From: Eledone cirrhosa
Lineage: Eukaryota
Direction of reading: 5' to 3'
Assembly (NCBI GenBank): GCA_964016885.1
Contig: OZ024741.1
Span: forward strand, 90,520,001 to 90,584,000
DNA: 64,000 nucleotides
Part shown: piece by piece, positions 40,056-54,779 of the stretch
Layout of the letters: every line of letters starts with the position of its first letter
Numbering within the stretch: position 1 is the first letter of the stretch
The notes under the pieces: model-generated
The model's input: only the letters and a program-made list of their open reading frames with translations
Told to the model about the DNA's origin: nothing
Database searches by the model: none
Translations under genes and position numbers: made by a program

Positions 40056-42227
40056 ATGCGAAAACACAACATTGACTTCTCTACCAAGAACATCCCAATC
40101 CCACCGAAAAAACTTTACCTTCGGATGCTCACGCAAAAAATCGATCTATTTGCGAAAAGACTTAGATGGAGAACTTTTTTCTATGACAGATATTGCGACA
40201 ACCAAGACTTCGGCACCAAGGAGAGATTCGGATTTATTACCTACAAATCTCCGCCCCTGAACCCCTTGCTCGCACCCTTCGAGAATGACCTCTTCCAACT
40301 GGTCAAGAACATTAAATTTAAACCCAGACACAACCGATTCCTACAAAAACTCCGTAGCAACTTAACAGAGTATGATAACACAAATGACATCATGGTGCAT
40401 TCGGATAAAACTGGGAACCTATACTTTGTCAACCCTGACAGATACCACACACTGATCAGGAGCAGCCTAAACTCCACCTATAAAAAGGCCAACCACTCTT
40501 GCATCGAGGACATAAATCGAGATGGACAACAAATCACCTCCAGCCTCGGGGTCGCCGACCGCACGGAACCTCTAGACCCACGGACATCATACTTCACACT
40601 GAAGGACCATAAATCCGATTTTGACCGTAAACGCTCTATCAGGCTTATTAACCCAACGAAGTCCGACATAGGGAGAATCAGCAAAAAAATCCTAGACCGC
40701 GTGATACCAAAAGTCAAGCAACACACCCGACTTAGCCTATGGATCAACACCCAGGAAGTAATCTCCTGGTTCAGCAATATGGAGGATAAACGAGAAACTA
40801 AATTCATACAGTTCGACATAGAGAGCTACTATGCTTCAATCACCTTACCGCTACTTACTGCCGCCTTGGACTTCGCCGAAACACTTGTGCCCATCACCGA
40901 CCAGGAAAGAAAAATCATCCTCCACGCCAGGAAGACAGTCTTACTCTTTGACGACTCTAAATGGATAAAAAGAGCTCCCGACTCACCCTTCGACGTCAGC
41001 ATGGGCGCCACGGATTCGGCGGAGGTCACAGATCTTATAGGATTATTCCTAATAGCCAAACTCACTGATATGTTTCCTGCATTCGGTGGTAGATTGTACC
41101 GTGATGATGGGCTCCTTACCCTTAAAGGGTACAACCCCAGTAGTACAGATCGGGTCCGGAAACAATTAATCAGATTCTTCCGCGACTGGGGATTTAAAAT
41201 AACCCTACAAACGTCCCTGACCCGAGTAAACTTCCTGGACGTGACCCTCGACCTCGAAAACGACCTGTACTACCCATACAGGAAACCTAATGACAATCTG
41301 CACTACATCCACCGCCGATCAAACCATCCTAGGAACATCACAAACAACCTGGTCAAAAACATCTCCCTCCGCATATCCCGTTTGTCAGCTAATGAGCGGA
41401 TATTCGATGAACATGCGCCTTATTACAACCAGGCCCTCAAGCGGAGTGGTTTCCGGGAGGAAATATCCTACTGTCCAGCTCCCATTAGCGGAACCAGCAG
41501 GAGACACCGCCGCTCACGCAATGTAACATGGTTCAATCTTCCCCACAACGCAGAGGTGACAACTCCCATCGGGAAACTATTCTTTAGGCTCATTGAAAAA
41601 CACTTCCCATTACAACACCGCTACCACAACATAATTAACAAAAATACCATCAAACTCTCTTACAGCACTACACCAAACTTCGCACAAAACATCGTCTCCT
41701 CTAACAACAAAAAACTCAACCCCGATGGCAGAAATAACCTAAATAGCAGTGGAGAACCGACCAGGAGGTGTAACTGCCCGGATAGATCTATTTGCCCACT
41801 CGACAATAGATGCAGAAACCGTAATGTGATCTACCAGTGCAACGTGAGGACGGATACCTCCAACAAAGCCTATATAGGACTTACCGCATGTGACTTCAAG
41901 ACCCGGCTATACCAACATAGACATACCTTCCGAAACCCGGCCCGGCGTCACGCTACTACACTTTCGGGCCACATATGGGACCTCAAGGACAACAACATCA
42001 CCTATGATCTCACTTGGAGATTACTGTCCAGAGCCAATTCTTACACGGGAGGACGCCGTCCGTGCAATTTATGCTCGGAGGAAACTTTACAAATGCTGTT
42101 TTCGACGGACCAACTCCTAAACAAGAAAGATGAACTGGTTACTGCATGTAAACATAGATTGCGTAGGACTTACCTCGCCCTCAAACCCCATAATGACCCG
42201 GGGGGGGGGGGTAGACTAGGGCTATAA
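40056..42227 (+). CDS. PLE polyprotein: reverse transcriptase plus C-terminal GIY-YIG endonuclease (723 aa from the first ATG)
   Basis: Uninterrupted frame (track ORF 39909..42227); ATG in GCACCATG context. DKTGN; RT motifs FIQFDIESYY, VSMGATDS, LYRDDG, FLDVTL; linker CNC-x5-C-x5-C; VIY...YIG; CNLC; ACKH. Confidence 0.93.
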   Translation: MRKHNIDFSTKNIPIPPKKLYLRMLTQKIDLFAKRLRWRTFFYDRYCDNQDFGTKERFGFITYKSPPLNPLLAPFENDLFQLVKNIKFKPRHNRFLQKLRSNLTEYDNTNDIMVHSDKTGNLYFVNPDRYHTLIRSSLNSTYKKANHSCIEDINRDGQQITSSLGVADRTEPLDPRTSYFTLKDHKSDFDRKRSIRLINPTKSDIGRISKKILDRVIPKVKQHTRLSLWINTQEVISWFSNMEDKRETKFIQFDIESYYASITLPLLTAALDFAETLVPITDQERKIILHARKTVLLFDDSKWIKRAPDSPFDVSMGATDSAEVTDLIGLFLIAKLTDMFPAFGGRLYRDDGLLTLKGYNPSSTDRVRKQLIRFFRDWGFKITLQTSLTRVNFLDVTLDLENDLYYPYRKPNDNLHYIHRRSNHPRNITNNLVKNISLRISRLSANERIFDEHAPYYNQALKRSGFREEISYCPAPISGTSRRHRRSRNVTWFNLPHNAEVTTPIGKLFFRLIEKHFPLQHRYHNIINKNTIKLSYSTTPNFAQNIVSSNNKKLNPDGRNNLNSSGEPTRRCNCPDRSICPLDNRCRNRNVIYQCNVRTDTSNKAYIGLTACDFKTRLYQHRHTFRNPARRHATTLSGHIWDLKDNNITYDLTWRLLSRANSYTGGRRPCNLCSEETLQMLFSTDQLLNKKDELVTACKHRLRRTYLALKPHNDPGGGGRLGL

Positions 42228-43334
42228 CACCCCACTTGCCGATTTTGCAATGGGTAACCCCTGCTTGCCAAGGAAGACGTAAGATCTTCTTTGTATTCTT
42301 TTATCGCTTCCTTTATTTCCTTCCCCCCTCTCTCCTTAGTCCTTCTACCCCAGCTCTTCTCCTTTGTCGGCGTCTTTTCTCGCCCACCCGAGGCTGCCCT
42401 TTGGCCCCATGTAGCCTTAGTACCCCCACCACCCCCTCCCCTAGTCTATGATAGATTTGGCGGACTCCGCCCTTTATAGCAGTTGGCTTAGACCCCGGAT
42501 ACTTGCCCCCTTTTTCCGACCGCTCCCACTATTCTCTGTGCCCTCTATATTTCTTAGTGGCACTTATGCCTTATTTTTTCGTTTCAGTATCTCTTGCTCC
42601 GCTTTTCTTCTGGGCGGGGTGGATTCTGAATTTATTTCTCCGTATTCTACCTTAATTTCGTACGAACTTTCATGTAGCTTGTTTTAGATCTTTTAGAGTT
42701 AGCATTAGTATATATTTTTCTCGGGACTCAGAATTATTATCTCGTACAAGTTCACTTTGCTGCACTGGGCCGTTGCTGGCCCGGGATGGAAACCTTTATT
42801 GTTTATTTCGTGGTAGTCTCTTTAGTATTTTGGCCCCTTTTGTTGACCCGTCACCGTATCATTTACGTACTTATACCTTTTAAACGGGTCCTTGCCTATA
42901 CCGTCCCACCTAGTTCTTTTACTTATTTCGTTATTTCTTTATTTATTTTTTTCTTTACTTCTTTCTTTCTTTCTTTATTTTATTCTAGCCTAACAATAGC
43001 CTGAGACCTAGGTCGTAGAATTTAATTTACTTTACTTTTTTCTTTACACTTATTTGCTTTTCTTCACTCTCAGTATTTTTTCTTTCCTATATATTTCTAC
43101 CCCTTCTACCCCCCATTGTTCTACCTACCGTTCCGACTTCCTCCCCCTCCCCCTCCCCTGTATCTTCTTTGACCTCATGCCCAGCTGTAGCTGGCACTAC
43201 CAACGCTTGATTGGGTCTACTCCACCCCGCCCCTCTCTCTCCTACTGGCAGGTTTAGCCACCATCTCCCCTACTAATTTGCAACCACAGAATTACTACTG
43301 ATTTTTGACAATCACTTTGACCATATATGGAATT

Positions 43335-43428
43335 ACCCCTTGAGAAGATCGGCTATTTAAATACCAGGATAAATTTTCATTTAGTCCAGAATTAGCCGTC
43401 GAAACGGCTTGAGCTCAGCTGTCGGGGT
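43335..43428 (+). ncRNA. Type-I hammerhead ribozyme with U3:A8 core in the 3' pLTR
   Basis: Same sequence as 39777-39870; cut predicted after 43423. Confidence 0.82.
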
Positions 43429-43506
43429 CTTACTGGTTCCTATTACCCACTCTACTACCTCAAGTATTGAGTACTTTGGTGCGTTATGGTCCACCTGGTT
43501 CCTTAC

Positions 43507-43573
<67 letters not shown>

Positions 43574-43758
43574 ATAGATACATACACACATATATATATA
43601 CTTACACACATATACATTAATAACAATAATAATAATAATAATAACGACAATAATAATAACAACAACAACAATAATAATATACATATACATATATATATAG
43701 ACACACACACACACACATAAACATATCTATACACACACACACACACACACGACAGCAA

Positions 43759-44150
43759 CTAACAGCGCTGCGATCGAATGTGGCTTTTTAGCCCAGCCAA
43801 TGATCTAAAATGTCTTGCACAGAGTCGGCAACCAAAACATTCACTGGGAATAGCCGGCTGTGGTTGGAGTTCATATACTTTTGCATGTCGCTTGAGCCCT
43901 CCTGCTGATCTACATTCTCTACCACATGTTTGGCAAGCATGATGAGTAGCATCTCCAACAGTAGCCTGGTAGTCAACTGGTCTTACTTTATGACTGCGAA
44001 GATGACTTTCGAGTCCAGCTTTGCTTAGGCAGAGTCTCGCACAGACGCTGCATGTCAGCACCATAGGAGGACCCTCGCCGTCTGGAAGTGCAACAGAAAT
44101 GCCCTTCCTCACATCCCGCTTTATTTTCTCGTATGTGATTCGAGATGCCT
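43759..44150 (-). mobile_element. RTE/BovB-like LINE C-terminus with three C2H2-type zinc fingers
   Basis: CSVC...KAGLESHLRSH; CQTC...AGGLKRHAKVY; CRLC...LAGLKSHIRSQRC*; followed by a microsatellite tail. Confidence 0.65.
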
Positions 44151-44160
44151 CAAATATACA

Positions 44161-44271
<111 letters not shown>

Positions 44272-44282
44272 TTATGTATGTA

Positions 44283-44870
44283 TAATTTTATAATATGTAA
44301 TCCATGTGCAACCATGCAGTATTCTTCTCCCCTTGTTTTTTCATATATATTTACCTAAACTGCGATTATCTGTTTCTCTCTTTCTCTCTTACTGCTCCCC
44401 CGTTCTCTCTGTTTCTCTTACCTTCTTTCGCCCTCTCTGTCAGTTACACTTTTTCTCTCAACTGACCTCTTCCTCGCACTTCCACTCACTCACTCTCTGT
44501 TTCTCCCCTTCTCACTTCCTCCCGTTCGCTAGTAGTGGGGTTCCTTCTTTCTCACACCGCATTCACGGCGTACGGTCTGCTTCTCTGACCGCTCATGAAA
44601 TTCACCCAGTTTATGCTGATCGGATAACTATCATGTGGCTTGCTGTTTTCCAACCTTCGGTTTGCTTTTCCTTCTGTTGTTTACTTGTCTCACTCGCTTT
44701 ACGCGTTTCACTTGTACCAATAGCTTATTTTAGTTATTGCTCGCACCAACCTGAGGCATCTGATTTTTAATGCGATGAAATACCAATGATGGTTGGCAAA
44801 TCACTGATGTGGGACTAATTTTATAATATGTAATCCATGTGCAACCATGCAGTATTCTTCTCCCCTCGTT

Positions 44871-44880
<10 letters not shown>
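44283..44880 (+). mobile_element. ~533-bp unit with a ~65-bp terminal direct repeat between (TA)n runs; probable PLE pLTR remnant
   Basis: taattttataatatgtaatccatgtgcaaccatgcagtattcttctcccct at 44283 and 44816; decayed HHR-like motif at 44746-44796. Confidence 0.55.
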
Positions 44881-44906
<26 letters not shown>

Positions 44907-47254
44907 AGTTTACAAAAAAAGAATCAACGTTGCCAATTAATAATATTTTCAAGCTCAATGTGTTTACGTCATTATAAATAGAAAAAAAAATAGAAAAAAA
45001 GAAATGAGACACATAATAACAAATAAATTAAGATGATAGAATAGATTTCTTAAATCATTTACAAATTTTTCAATAAAAATTATTTAACTGATATAATGTT
45101 ATGTTATTACAATATGGTAAAAAAGGGTAAAATAATGAATATAACAAAGGATTATCAAATATTGTACGTCTTCGGAGACAATATAAATGATTCTAAAATG
45201 ACATGGTAAGAGCTAACCCAATATATATTGACAGCCGCCGAATTTCCAGAGTCATTCGAACATTAGATAGAATGCTTTGTGCTACTCGTTTCGGTTTTTT
45301 GCGCTCTGACTTCAAATCCGGTTGTGGTGAACACTATATTATGAGCTATATTTTCCATCATTCAAACCTACCCCTCTACTCGCAAATTACACAACATTCT
45401 GTTACTGTCCTTAAAATGTAACTACAATGTGTGGTTCTAAATCTACCGGTCATGTCACAAACTGTTTCACATAAAATTCGAACGTATGCAATAATTTTAA
45501 TATAGATGATTTTCAGAGATATACAACACAATAACCATGGGCAATTTAGTCCTGCTGCACGCTATTTTAACTATGCGGGTCCTCCACTACCATCTTTCTG
45601 TATTTGGTTTATTTCAGCACAATTTACACTTTGCACCAGGTTCATTCGTTAGCAATTATTGATTTTTCCTACCTCTTATTATCTACCTTCTCTAGTTTGA
45701 CAAAAGACGTATGCCCGAAACGCAGATGTATTTTTTTCTTTTCTAGATGGCAAGATACATGTATTTTTAAAATTATCTTCATTCCACTAGTTTTATTTCA
45801 ACCACTCTTTTCGATTTAGCTTTCTAACACTTCTCTGTTTCTACAGTAAAAATTTCACGAAACTATTCAGAAGTGAAATATAAATTTGTTTCAAAGCTGT
45901 AACCTGGAATTTAACGATAATTTATTGAAGTGACTGAAGTAGAAATAAAAACTTCTTATCAGAATAGCGATCACACATTTGAATTTATGCTGAGTGATGA
46001 AAATTGTGTTATGCCTAAATGGAATAGACATCTGTTATAACTCGGAGAAAACGAGAGAGAAAAAGTCTACAGGAGTTCATAAAATCTACTTTTTTTAAAA
46101 CTCTGAAAAGTTATGGTATTTACAACCCTTTCTGGTTTAGAAGTTAACATGTTAGCTTTGGGTAGATGCACAGCGTCAAAAGACATCAAATTTGTAAAAA
46201 GTTCTGTCTTTTCCTCCCATTTTCAGGCCTTTAAGGAAGGCGAAAAACAAAATATTTGATCACTTAACAATTTTTTTAATGTAATTCTGGGTATACTGGC
46301 TTCAATTTTAAGTTACATTATAATTATACATTTTTGTTGGGATATTGCTACTCGGAGATGCTTTGTTTCTACTTCTCTAATTCAGGAATGATCATTATTA
46401 TTTTACATTAAGGGCGTTGGATTGGCAGTAACAGAAGAGGGTCGGACGCCATGCTTTGTAGCAAGAATTACGGCCCTTTACGGTCTGAGTTCAAATCCCA
46501 CCGAGGTTAACTTTGCCTTTCATCCTTACGGGGACAGTAAAGCACTAGTAATGCACTGGGATAATTTATTTGCTGGCCTTGTGTCAAAAGTAGAAACAAT
46601 TATTTTAAACTAAGGTTTTATATGATTGTTAACATTTTTGTGTATATATTTCTCTCAAAAGGTAAAACTAAGCAAAACTTCAACATACTTTCCTGCTAAA
46701 TTTCACAATACAAAGAGACTGATGTTAACGTAAATACCCAGCATTTCAGATTCTTTCCGAATAATATCAAAAATGATTAAAAATAATGTTTCATTTAAAA
46801 TAATTAAAATATTTGGATTTGCGATCGGAGGGGGCGGGGGTAACGCGTTGCGTCAATCCTGAATAAGTAACCACCTAATATTGGTAAACACCACACGGTG
46901 ATTTAAAAATCATTCTAAACTTATATACGATCAAATACTTAATCATTTTCAGTGTCATCCTCTTCAATTACCTATAGTATTGTTTCTATAAGACCAATCT
47001 ACCGGAAATTTGCTCTCTCCCATCACGTATTATTGCTCGCTCACCATTGTAAACGTCCGTGAAAGCAATATTTTTTTATCAAACAAAGTAAGACTTTTGC
47101 AAATGGGTTAATGTAGTTGGTGGTGGGTACTAATAAAGATACCTAGTAATGTATGTCTGACTTATCAAGTGCATGTGTGCGATGATTTTCTCTCTCTTTC
47201 ACTAACTTCCTCCGTCTGCCTCGTTCCCCCCGTCTCTCACTGTTATATGCAAAC

Positions 47255-47345
47255 GCCCCGCGGGCAGAATAGAGAAGGCGTTTTCCCGGAGGATGGTGAA
47301 GGAGATGCGTTGGAAGAGCCCTTCCAGCTCACGCGGCTCGGCGCA
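47255..47345 (-). mobile_element. Short CRE-LINE endonuclease 3' fragment
   Basis: Homologous to 14580-14665 (EPRELEGLFQRISFTILR-NAFSIL). Confidence 0.6.
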
Positions 47346-47545
47346 TACCTCATTTGTTATGTAGTTTTCATATTCCGATATATAGACAGAAAATAGATAT
47401 TTTTTTTGTTTTTGTTTAACTTAGTCATGACAAACTACAGGGAACTAAAAGATTGATGAGAGTTAATAGGTACAAGTTAATTATCAGACCAAACTCTCGA
47501 CAACTCGATAGATCTAACAATCTCCTATTATACTAAAGACTAAAT

Positions 47546-47735
47546 GGCGGTGGATTGGCAGTATCGGTAGAGGGTCGGACGCCATGCTTTGACGCAAAGA
47601 GTTACGGCCCTTGCTATTCTAAGTTCAAATCCCGCCGAGGTTAACTTTGCCTTTCATCCTTACGGGGTCGATAAAATAAAGTACCAGTAATGCACAGGGT
47701 AATTGCTGGCCTTGTGCCAAAAGTAGAAACAATTA
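47546..47735 (+). mobile_element. Full-length SINE A
   Basis: ggcggtggattggcag A-box-like head, aagttcaaatccc B-box, conserved core; flanked by a ttatactaaagac TSD. Confidence 0.85.
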
Positions 47736-50593
47736 TACTAAAGACGGTGTTTCTATAGTGTAAATTGTCTGTCATGCTGGAAAAGGAATGGTGTGTGTGT
47801 GAGATAGAGATAGAGAGACAAAGACAGTGAGAGAGAGAGAGAGAGAGAGACCGGTGGTGGCGATGAACTCACGTATTTATGGAAAGGGTCAGTAAGTAAA
47901 GAATGAATAGGTTTGACACAAGACCAGGAATCAGATGTACGGCCCTATTAAATGTGATCTTTGTTATATAGTACTAACTTCCAGTACTGAGGCTCAAATT
48001 AAAGATTCCTTTTGCCTGAGTAAGCCTTCGTCCCTAAAAAATGATTCAAGTTTTGTCCACAAGCTGTTATTAACTATTAAATCCTATATTTAAGTCATAA
48101 CACAAAGCCGTCTAACATTAAGTGACTATTTCACTTAGATAGTATTCCACAATACTACGAGGATGTCAGTAATTATAAATATTTTGCCATTCACTGAGTA
48201 AATATTTTATATGAAAATGTTTGTTAAGAGTTTTAAAGTTTCCAACAGTTCTTAACAGTATAAATAGTTTCACTTTATTGTAATTTGTATTGTATAGCCT
48301 ACTTTACAGATGTCACGCTACAAAATAGGTATTAAACGTTCAAAATTTCAATGTGATGACCTCTTCACGGTGGAATATTGACGTATCTCTATCCTCAAGG
48401 GCGTGTCATCTCTTCAGCTCAGATGTTGAATCTGCTCAGTTCATCATATATAGATAAGAAAAATTCTAAACAGCTGTGTATACACATATGTATCTACTTA
48501 GATATAACTGTGCGTAAATCTTTGAAAAAACAATGAATGGTAATGTACATATCTGTAGCCAATGTTATATATTCTTGAACACACACACACATAGTCACGC
48601 AGACATATACACATAGCCACGCACACACATACCTATATTTACACGCATATATGGGAAGACCACCAACACTATGTCCCTGAGAAGATTATTTTATTATATC
48701 ATATCACATATTTCTGCAGTTAATTATATCTCTATAAATAAAAAAGATGGATGAGTCAAAGGAATATTTGTTGAGAGTATTAGTCAAGCATTATTAGAGT
48801 GATTTATACGTTGACACTTGTGTTGCGCTGTGTCGGGAGATAGAAGACTAACCTCTGAGAGTCTCCGTACTACGAGCTGTATGTAGAGTGGTATAACTCA
48901 CTGCTGTAACGAGCTGTAATGAACAAGTGTTTTGTTGAATAGTAGTGATAAGGTTCGGACTTCATAATTTGCTTTAGTTTGAAGAGATAATGGTGTCATT
49001 TCAACTGAGAAAGCAAAAAAAAAAAAAAAAAATAGAGAATCTAACAGTATATTTGAAAATAATTTTATCCAGTGCAGCCCAATTCTGTTAAACACTGCCA
49101 CCACTCCCAAGCGTGGATTAGAGAAAATTCAGGTGACCCATCATTATTCTAAAGTGATATCGAATTCCAGAGATCACAATTCATTTAATAACCTTAATAA
49201 CCACTGATATATAATGGGGCTGGTTTCGGTTCTTTTTGAGGATTGTTGTGGAACAAACTGAACATACTGCTAGTCCACAGTTTAAGATGGTTCTGATTCA
49301 CTTCGGTTATTCTGCAAATTTCTTCGAAAATTTACCACCCTAGTCCACGATATTGCTTCCATGAACAAAGTTGTCCTTATTTAATTGTGGAAGGATTATT
49401 TAATCACAAAGATCTTTCTGCGATTGAAAGTGTCAATGCAACTGATGTTTTCTTTGAAATTATGAAGACGTGGGGCAAAATACGGGTGGGGAGTGACTTT
49501 CTGAAAGTTTTTTGTGAATGATCAGCGAGTAATCTATTGAATTGGTGTGACGAGAGGTGGTGCATCATGGTGCTTAAATGGTGATTGTATTCATCGTTGT
49601 AGTGGCATTAGAAGACTTTTAGTCGAGTTTAAATCGACTTCAGTACTCATTTTATCTACTCCCGAATGATAAAAAGGAAATTCAACTCTGGTGGTATTTG
49701 AACTCGAAACTTAAAGAAATGTAATTAAATACAACAAACTTTTTGCGCAGCATGCTATTAATTATGTCAATCACAATTACACTCCACACGTATTAGAGAG
49801 AGTTTCAGCCAGGGAACTCTATCACCATTTAAAAAGAAAATATCGAATTAAAGAAAACACTTATCGTTTTACTATACACTACTGACGATTCAAGGATATG
49901 AGCACGATATGTAAACTGTTGATTTTTTAAAGATCTTAATTATTTTATTTCGATACTTTTTATGGACAAATCAGAAGAAGACGGGCAAGAACGCCCATGA
50001 CATTTTCGGGGCCTCCATGACTAATCGGAGGAATGGAGAACTAATGCGAATCAAAGCCAAACAGTGGCATTTAATAGGATGACGGGTTAAATCTATCATT
50101 CAAAGATATTAACATTGTGTTGCAGTTATTACTTTACGTTGCAGTTGACCCCTGTATGCATTGTTAGAAATAGCAGTCAAATTTCACAAAAAAGCAAGCT
50201 ACCGTCGCGAAAAGGTAAGGCCATATTGGGTAATATTACTATAAAATCCCTAAACAGACAGGATGGTCCTGAATGGGGAGCTTTTGATTATGGGCCTCTT
50301 CAATCAGACCTTTTCTTAATGTAAACAATAACAAGGGAGTATAATATAAAAGCAATTCTTTTTTAGTAATCATAACATCTAATTAATACAACTATGCTAT
50401 AACAATCACGACATATATACAATGTAGATTGGAAACGAGCTAACGGGAGTGTATCTAAGTGGTCGCTTGCCCTGCTACAAATAACTGGATTCACCACAAA
50501 CACCCCACCATGGCATCTTAAAAAAGAAAGAAGACATGAGACAATGTAGTCCCAAATATATATAATATGCATTTGTATACATTCATATATGTA

Positions 50594-50659
<66 letters not shown>

Positions 50660-51090
50660 TAGAAAGATTTGAATGGATACAGTTTAGTTGAAAGGAATTT
50701 ATTGACACGTGTTTCTATAACAGTTACATAACCTAAAACAGCTGCTATCTACAAACTTTTAGTTATGCAGACATTCAATATTTCAATGTTATTATTTACT
50801 GTCATTTCATCAGAATAATATTACTGAGGACCTATTTAGTTTTTATAGAGAATATTAGGAGGGAGGGGTGAAGTTGTTAGAAGAATAGTTGAAGGAGTGG
50901 TTTTTCGATAGCAGTGAGAATTCTTGGTGGCAGTGAGTAATTAGATTCCCATCTGTTGTTTTGACATTTTTTATAGAATATATTATTGGTTATTTTTCTA
51001 AATCTATAGAAGGATTAGAGATAGTAAAGATATGCGTGGTTGGTTTTGTGTTTGCACTTAATTAACATTCAGACTTAAATTTTTCTTTCA
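50660..51090 (-). mobile_element. Old 5'-truncated PLE 3' end
   Basis: Reverse complement encodes KSE..KCKHKTNHAYLYY (GIY-YIG C-terminus), then an HHR, then (TA)n. Confidence 0.65.
50699..50818 (-). ncRNA. Type-I hammerhead ribozyme with ~90-nt stem II domain
   Basis: Reverse complement: ttatt-CTGATGA-aatgacagt...actgttata-GAAA-cacgtg-TC-aataa; inner helix tgcataactaaaa / ttttaggttatgta. Confidence 0.78.
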
Positions 51091-51386
51091 AGTGTACGTA
51101 TCCTTTCACCCACGCATTCACACACAAATATATTTGCACACCTCTACAAAATACATATACTCACAATTCACATATTCATACTTACATATATATACACATG
51201 CATACACATATATATACACACATGTATTCATGTACATACATACGCGCTCATGTGTATACATTTTCATACTCAACTTATCTTTATATACACACGTATAGAC
51301 ACACACATATATACATACATACTCTAGTCCATGTGTACACACATACACATACATACACATCTATATACACATATATACATACATAT

Positions 51387-52286
<900 letters not shown>

Positions 52287-54737
52287 GCATATATCCGTAT
52301 GTATTTATATACAGTATGTATTTCATTATGATATAAAGAAATCATTTTGCATGTGTCTAAATGTGAGCGGAATTATATTCTTACTCTTCTACAAAGTAAG
52401 TTGTCAACCACATAAAAGAACTAGACATAGTCTTTGATAACACAATGAAATAGATATAAAATAATGAGGCAAAGATGAAAGCACAGGAAGCATATGTATA
52501 TATATATATAGAGAGAGAGAGAGGGGGGGGGGGGGTTTAGCGAAGCAGATATAGTGTAAGGCGAGCTGTATTTGCACCAAAATCTTCGCTGTTTTCATAG
52601 CCAATATAAAGAGGAGAATACTTTCCAGCAAGAACACCACAAAATCTTCTCCTGAATCTAATTTCAGTAACCCTAATACCTGCACTATCACAGCTATACA
52701 TATATGCACGCGCGCGCGCGCGCGCGTGTGTGTGTGTGTGTCTAAATATTTCATTTATCAAGCTAAGGTCTTCTTTTATAAGAATGAAAAACTTACTGAA
52801 ATTCCCCTTAAAAGACAATTTTCATAGCATATGTACACATTCAGGCACTCACTACAACGCCACGCAGCAGGATGTATTTAAATAAAGTTTTAGAACTGCA
52901 AAAATCTTTGAGGCTGGTATCATGACGCAGAGTTTGACATTCCCTGGGTCTGAGAAGCATTTGCAATGGCTATTTTTAACATTTGATGAGTGTTTTAAGT
53001 CTTTTACACACCATTTAACATGTAAGCGCATGTAGTATTTGACACAAAATGTAAACCTACTGCACCCAATTATATTTAGAACTGCAGAAATTAGATTTAG
53101 AACTACACAAAGAGACGTCAACTGCCCGTTAAAATAATCACTGGCTCCTCGCCTCCTTATCCAAATATATCTAAACTTTGAAAGATGATAATATTAAGAA
53201 TTATAAAGTCGACTGGTCATCTATACAACATGTGTCTCCATACATTAATGTGATATTTGTCTCGCAGATGTATAACAGAGAATTTTGCAGTTTTGAAAAA
53301 AGATCCCAATTGGTGAATACTTGGTGTTAGTAAGACTTTCATCACTATTATTGAGGAAATTTTCACTACCAACTGGTTAAAATAATTCATTTCCTACATA
53401 ATATATTTGTCATATCTTAAATTTATGTAATAAAAAGAAAAAAAAACAACATCTTCTTCAAGAGAGAAACTTGTTTAAAATTAACCGCCTTCTTACGTGC
53501 GGTTTATACATATATGGAATACCTGGAAATATGTGATTTCGCATATTTCGTGTTCTCTGCAAGATAATTAAATAGATGAATATGTAATGTATTTTCTAGT
53601 TTTGCGACAATGAAATACCGATATAATGTTGAATCATATTTCAAAGATTTTTGCATTATTTTTATACATACATACAATGTAACTCGATTTCGAGCAATGC
53701 CATTAATGGATACTTAAGCATGAGTATGATAGTCGTGGCTTCCTAGTCCTGCTAGGGACTTCCCTATAGCCATCAATAACATGCATCGCAAAAAATGTGC
53801 TTGAAGCTTTTTTTAAGTGAGAAAAGGCTTTGCACGGGGCCAGTCCTACTCTCTGAACATCGAATGCATTTACACAAAAAGAACTGGTCTACATCATTAG
53901 ATGCAAATGAAGTCGCAGGTTTTATATCAGAGTCACCTTCTCCTACATACATACACACATACATACATACAAAAAGCACATAGAAAAAGCACGTGTATAT
54001 TCGATAGGACATTTTGGAGAAAAAAATATATATATATTGTGTGTGTGTGTGTGTGTGTCGATCTATATTTTGGTTTTTTCCCATCCTCGTAACTGAGAGT
54101 CAAGGACCATGAAGAATTTATACGTCAATTATTCTCATCGGGGAAAAAGTGACGACGGTGGGCCCCGAATCCTGCTATTATGCGGAAGATGGCTACTGAG
54201 CCACAGCTCAGTAGCCTTCAACACAAGGATGGAACCATTGGCCACTTGAAAGGGTGTCACGTAAATGGCTAAGGAGTTCCATTTATCCCGGTTTAGAAAT
54301 CAGAGTGATTCTTGTCCTAGACATACTGCCAAACAAGACTAACGATCGCTGTCTTCCGGTTTTAGATGGCCGTTGACTCTCCTCTGTTTCAGCTCTTTGA
54401 TGGATTTTCTTTTTCACCCCACAAGGTATCCAAAAATCGCATGCCTCATCAAGCAAGCTTGGTGGGGGACCCGATGATCAAGACAGGTGACAGGTTGTAC
54501 TGAGTTACATGTTACCAGTAGCGCTGGGGATCGACATGACCTAATTACGACAAAATAAATCAAATAAATTTAACCAAGACTACTAAAAGTGGAATATTTT
54601 ACTCATTTATAATTTGAGGATAAATAATACTTTTCGTAAAAGTAATTCCCCCACCCCCACCCTAACTGTCCCTCTCCCTCTCTCATAGTCTCACATACAC
54701 ATTCTTACTATTCCATTTCCAGTATGATCGATGCTTT

Positions 54738-54771
<34 letters not shown>

Positions 54772-54779
54772 CTATCTAT

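Noticed and set aside
42228-42753. SECIS or readthrough as in selenoprotein-encoding Naiad PLEs
   Set aside because: The ORF has no in-frame TGA, ends in TAA and has a C-terminal endonuclease; no SECIS recognised
45695-45730. TTGACAA...GAAAcgc U3:A8-like motif
   Set aside because: Stem II, stem I and the UH site do not pair convincingly
48347-48417. Minus-strand CTGAAGA plus 6-bp stem gatgac/gtcatc
   Set aside because: GAAA is displaced by 5 nt and there is no stem I/III; at best a decayed HHR
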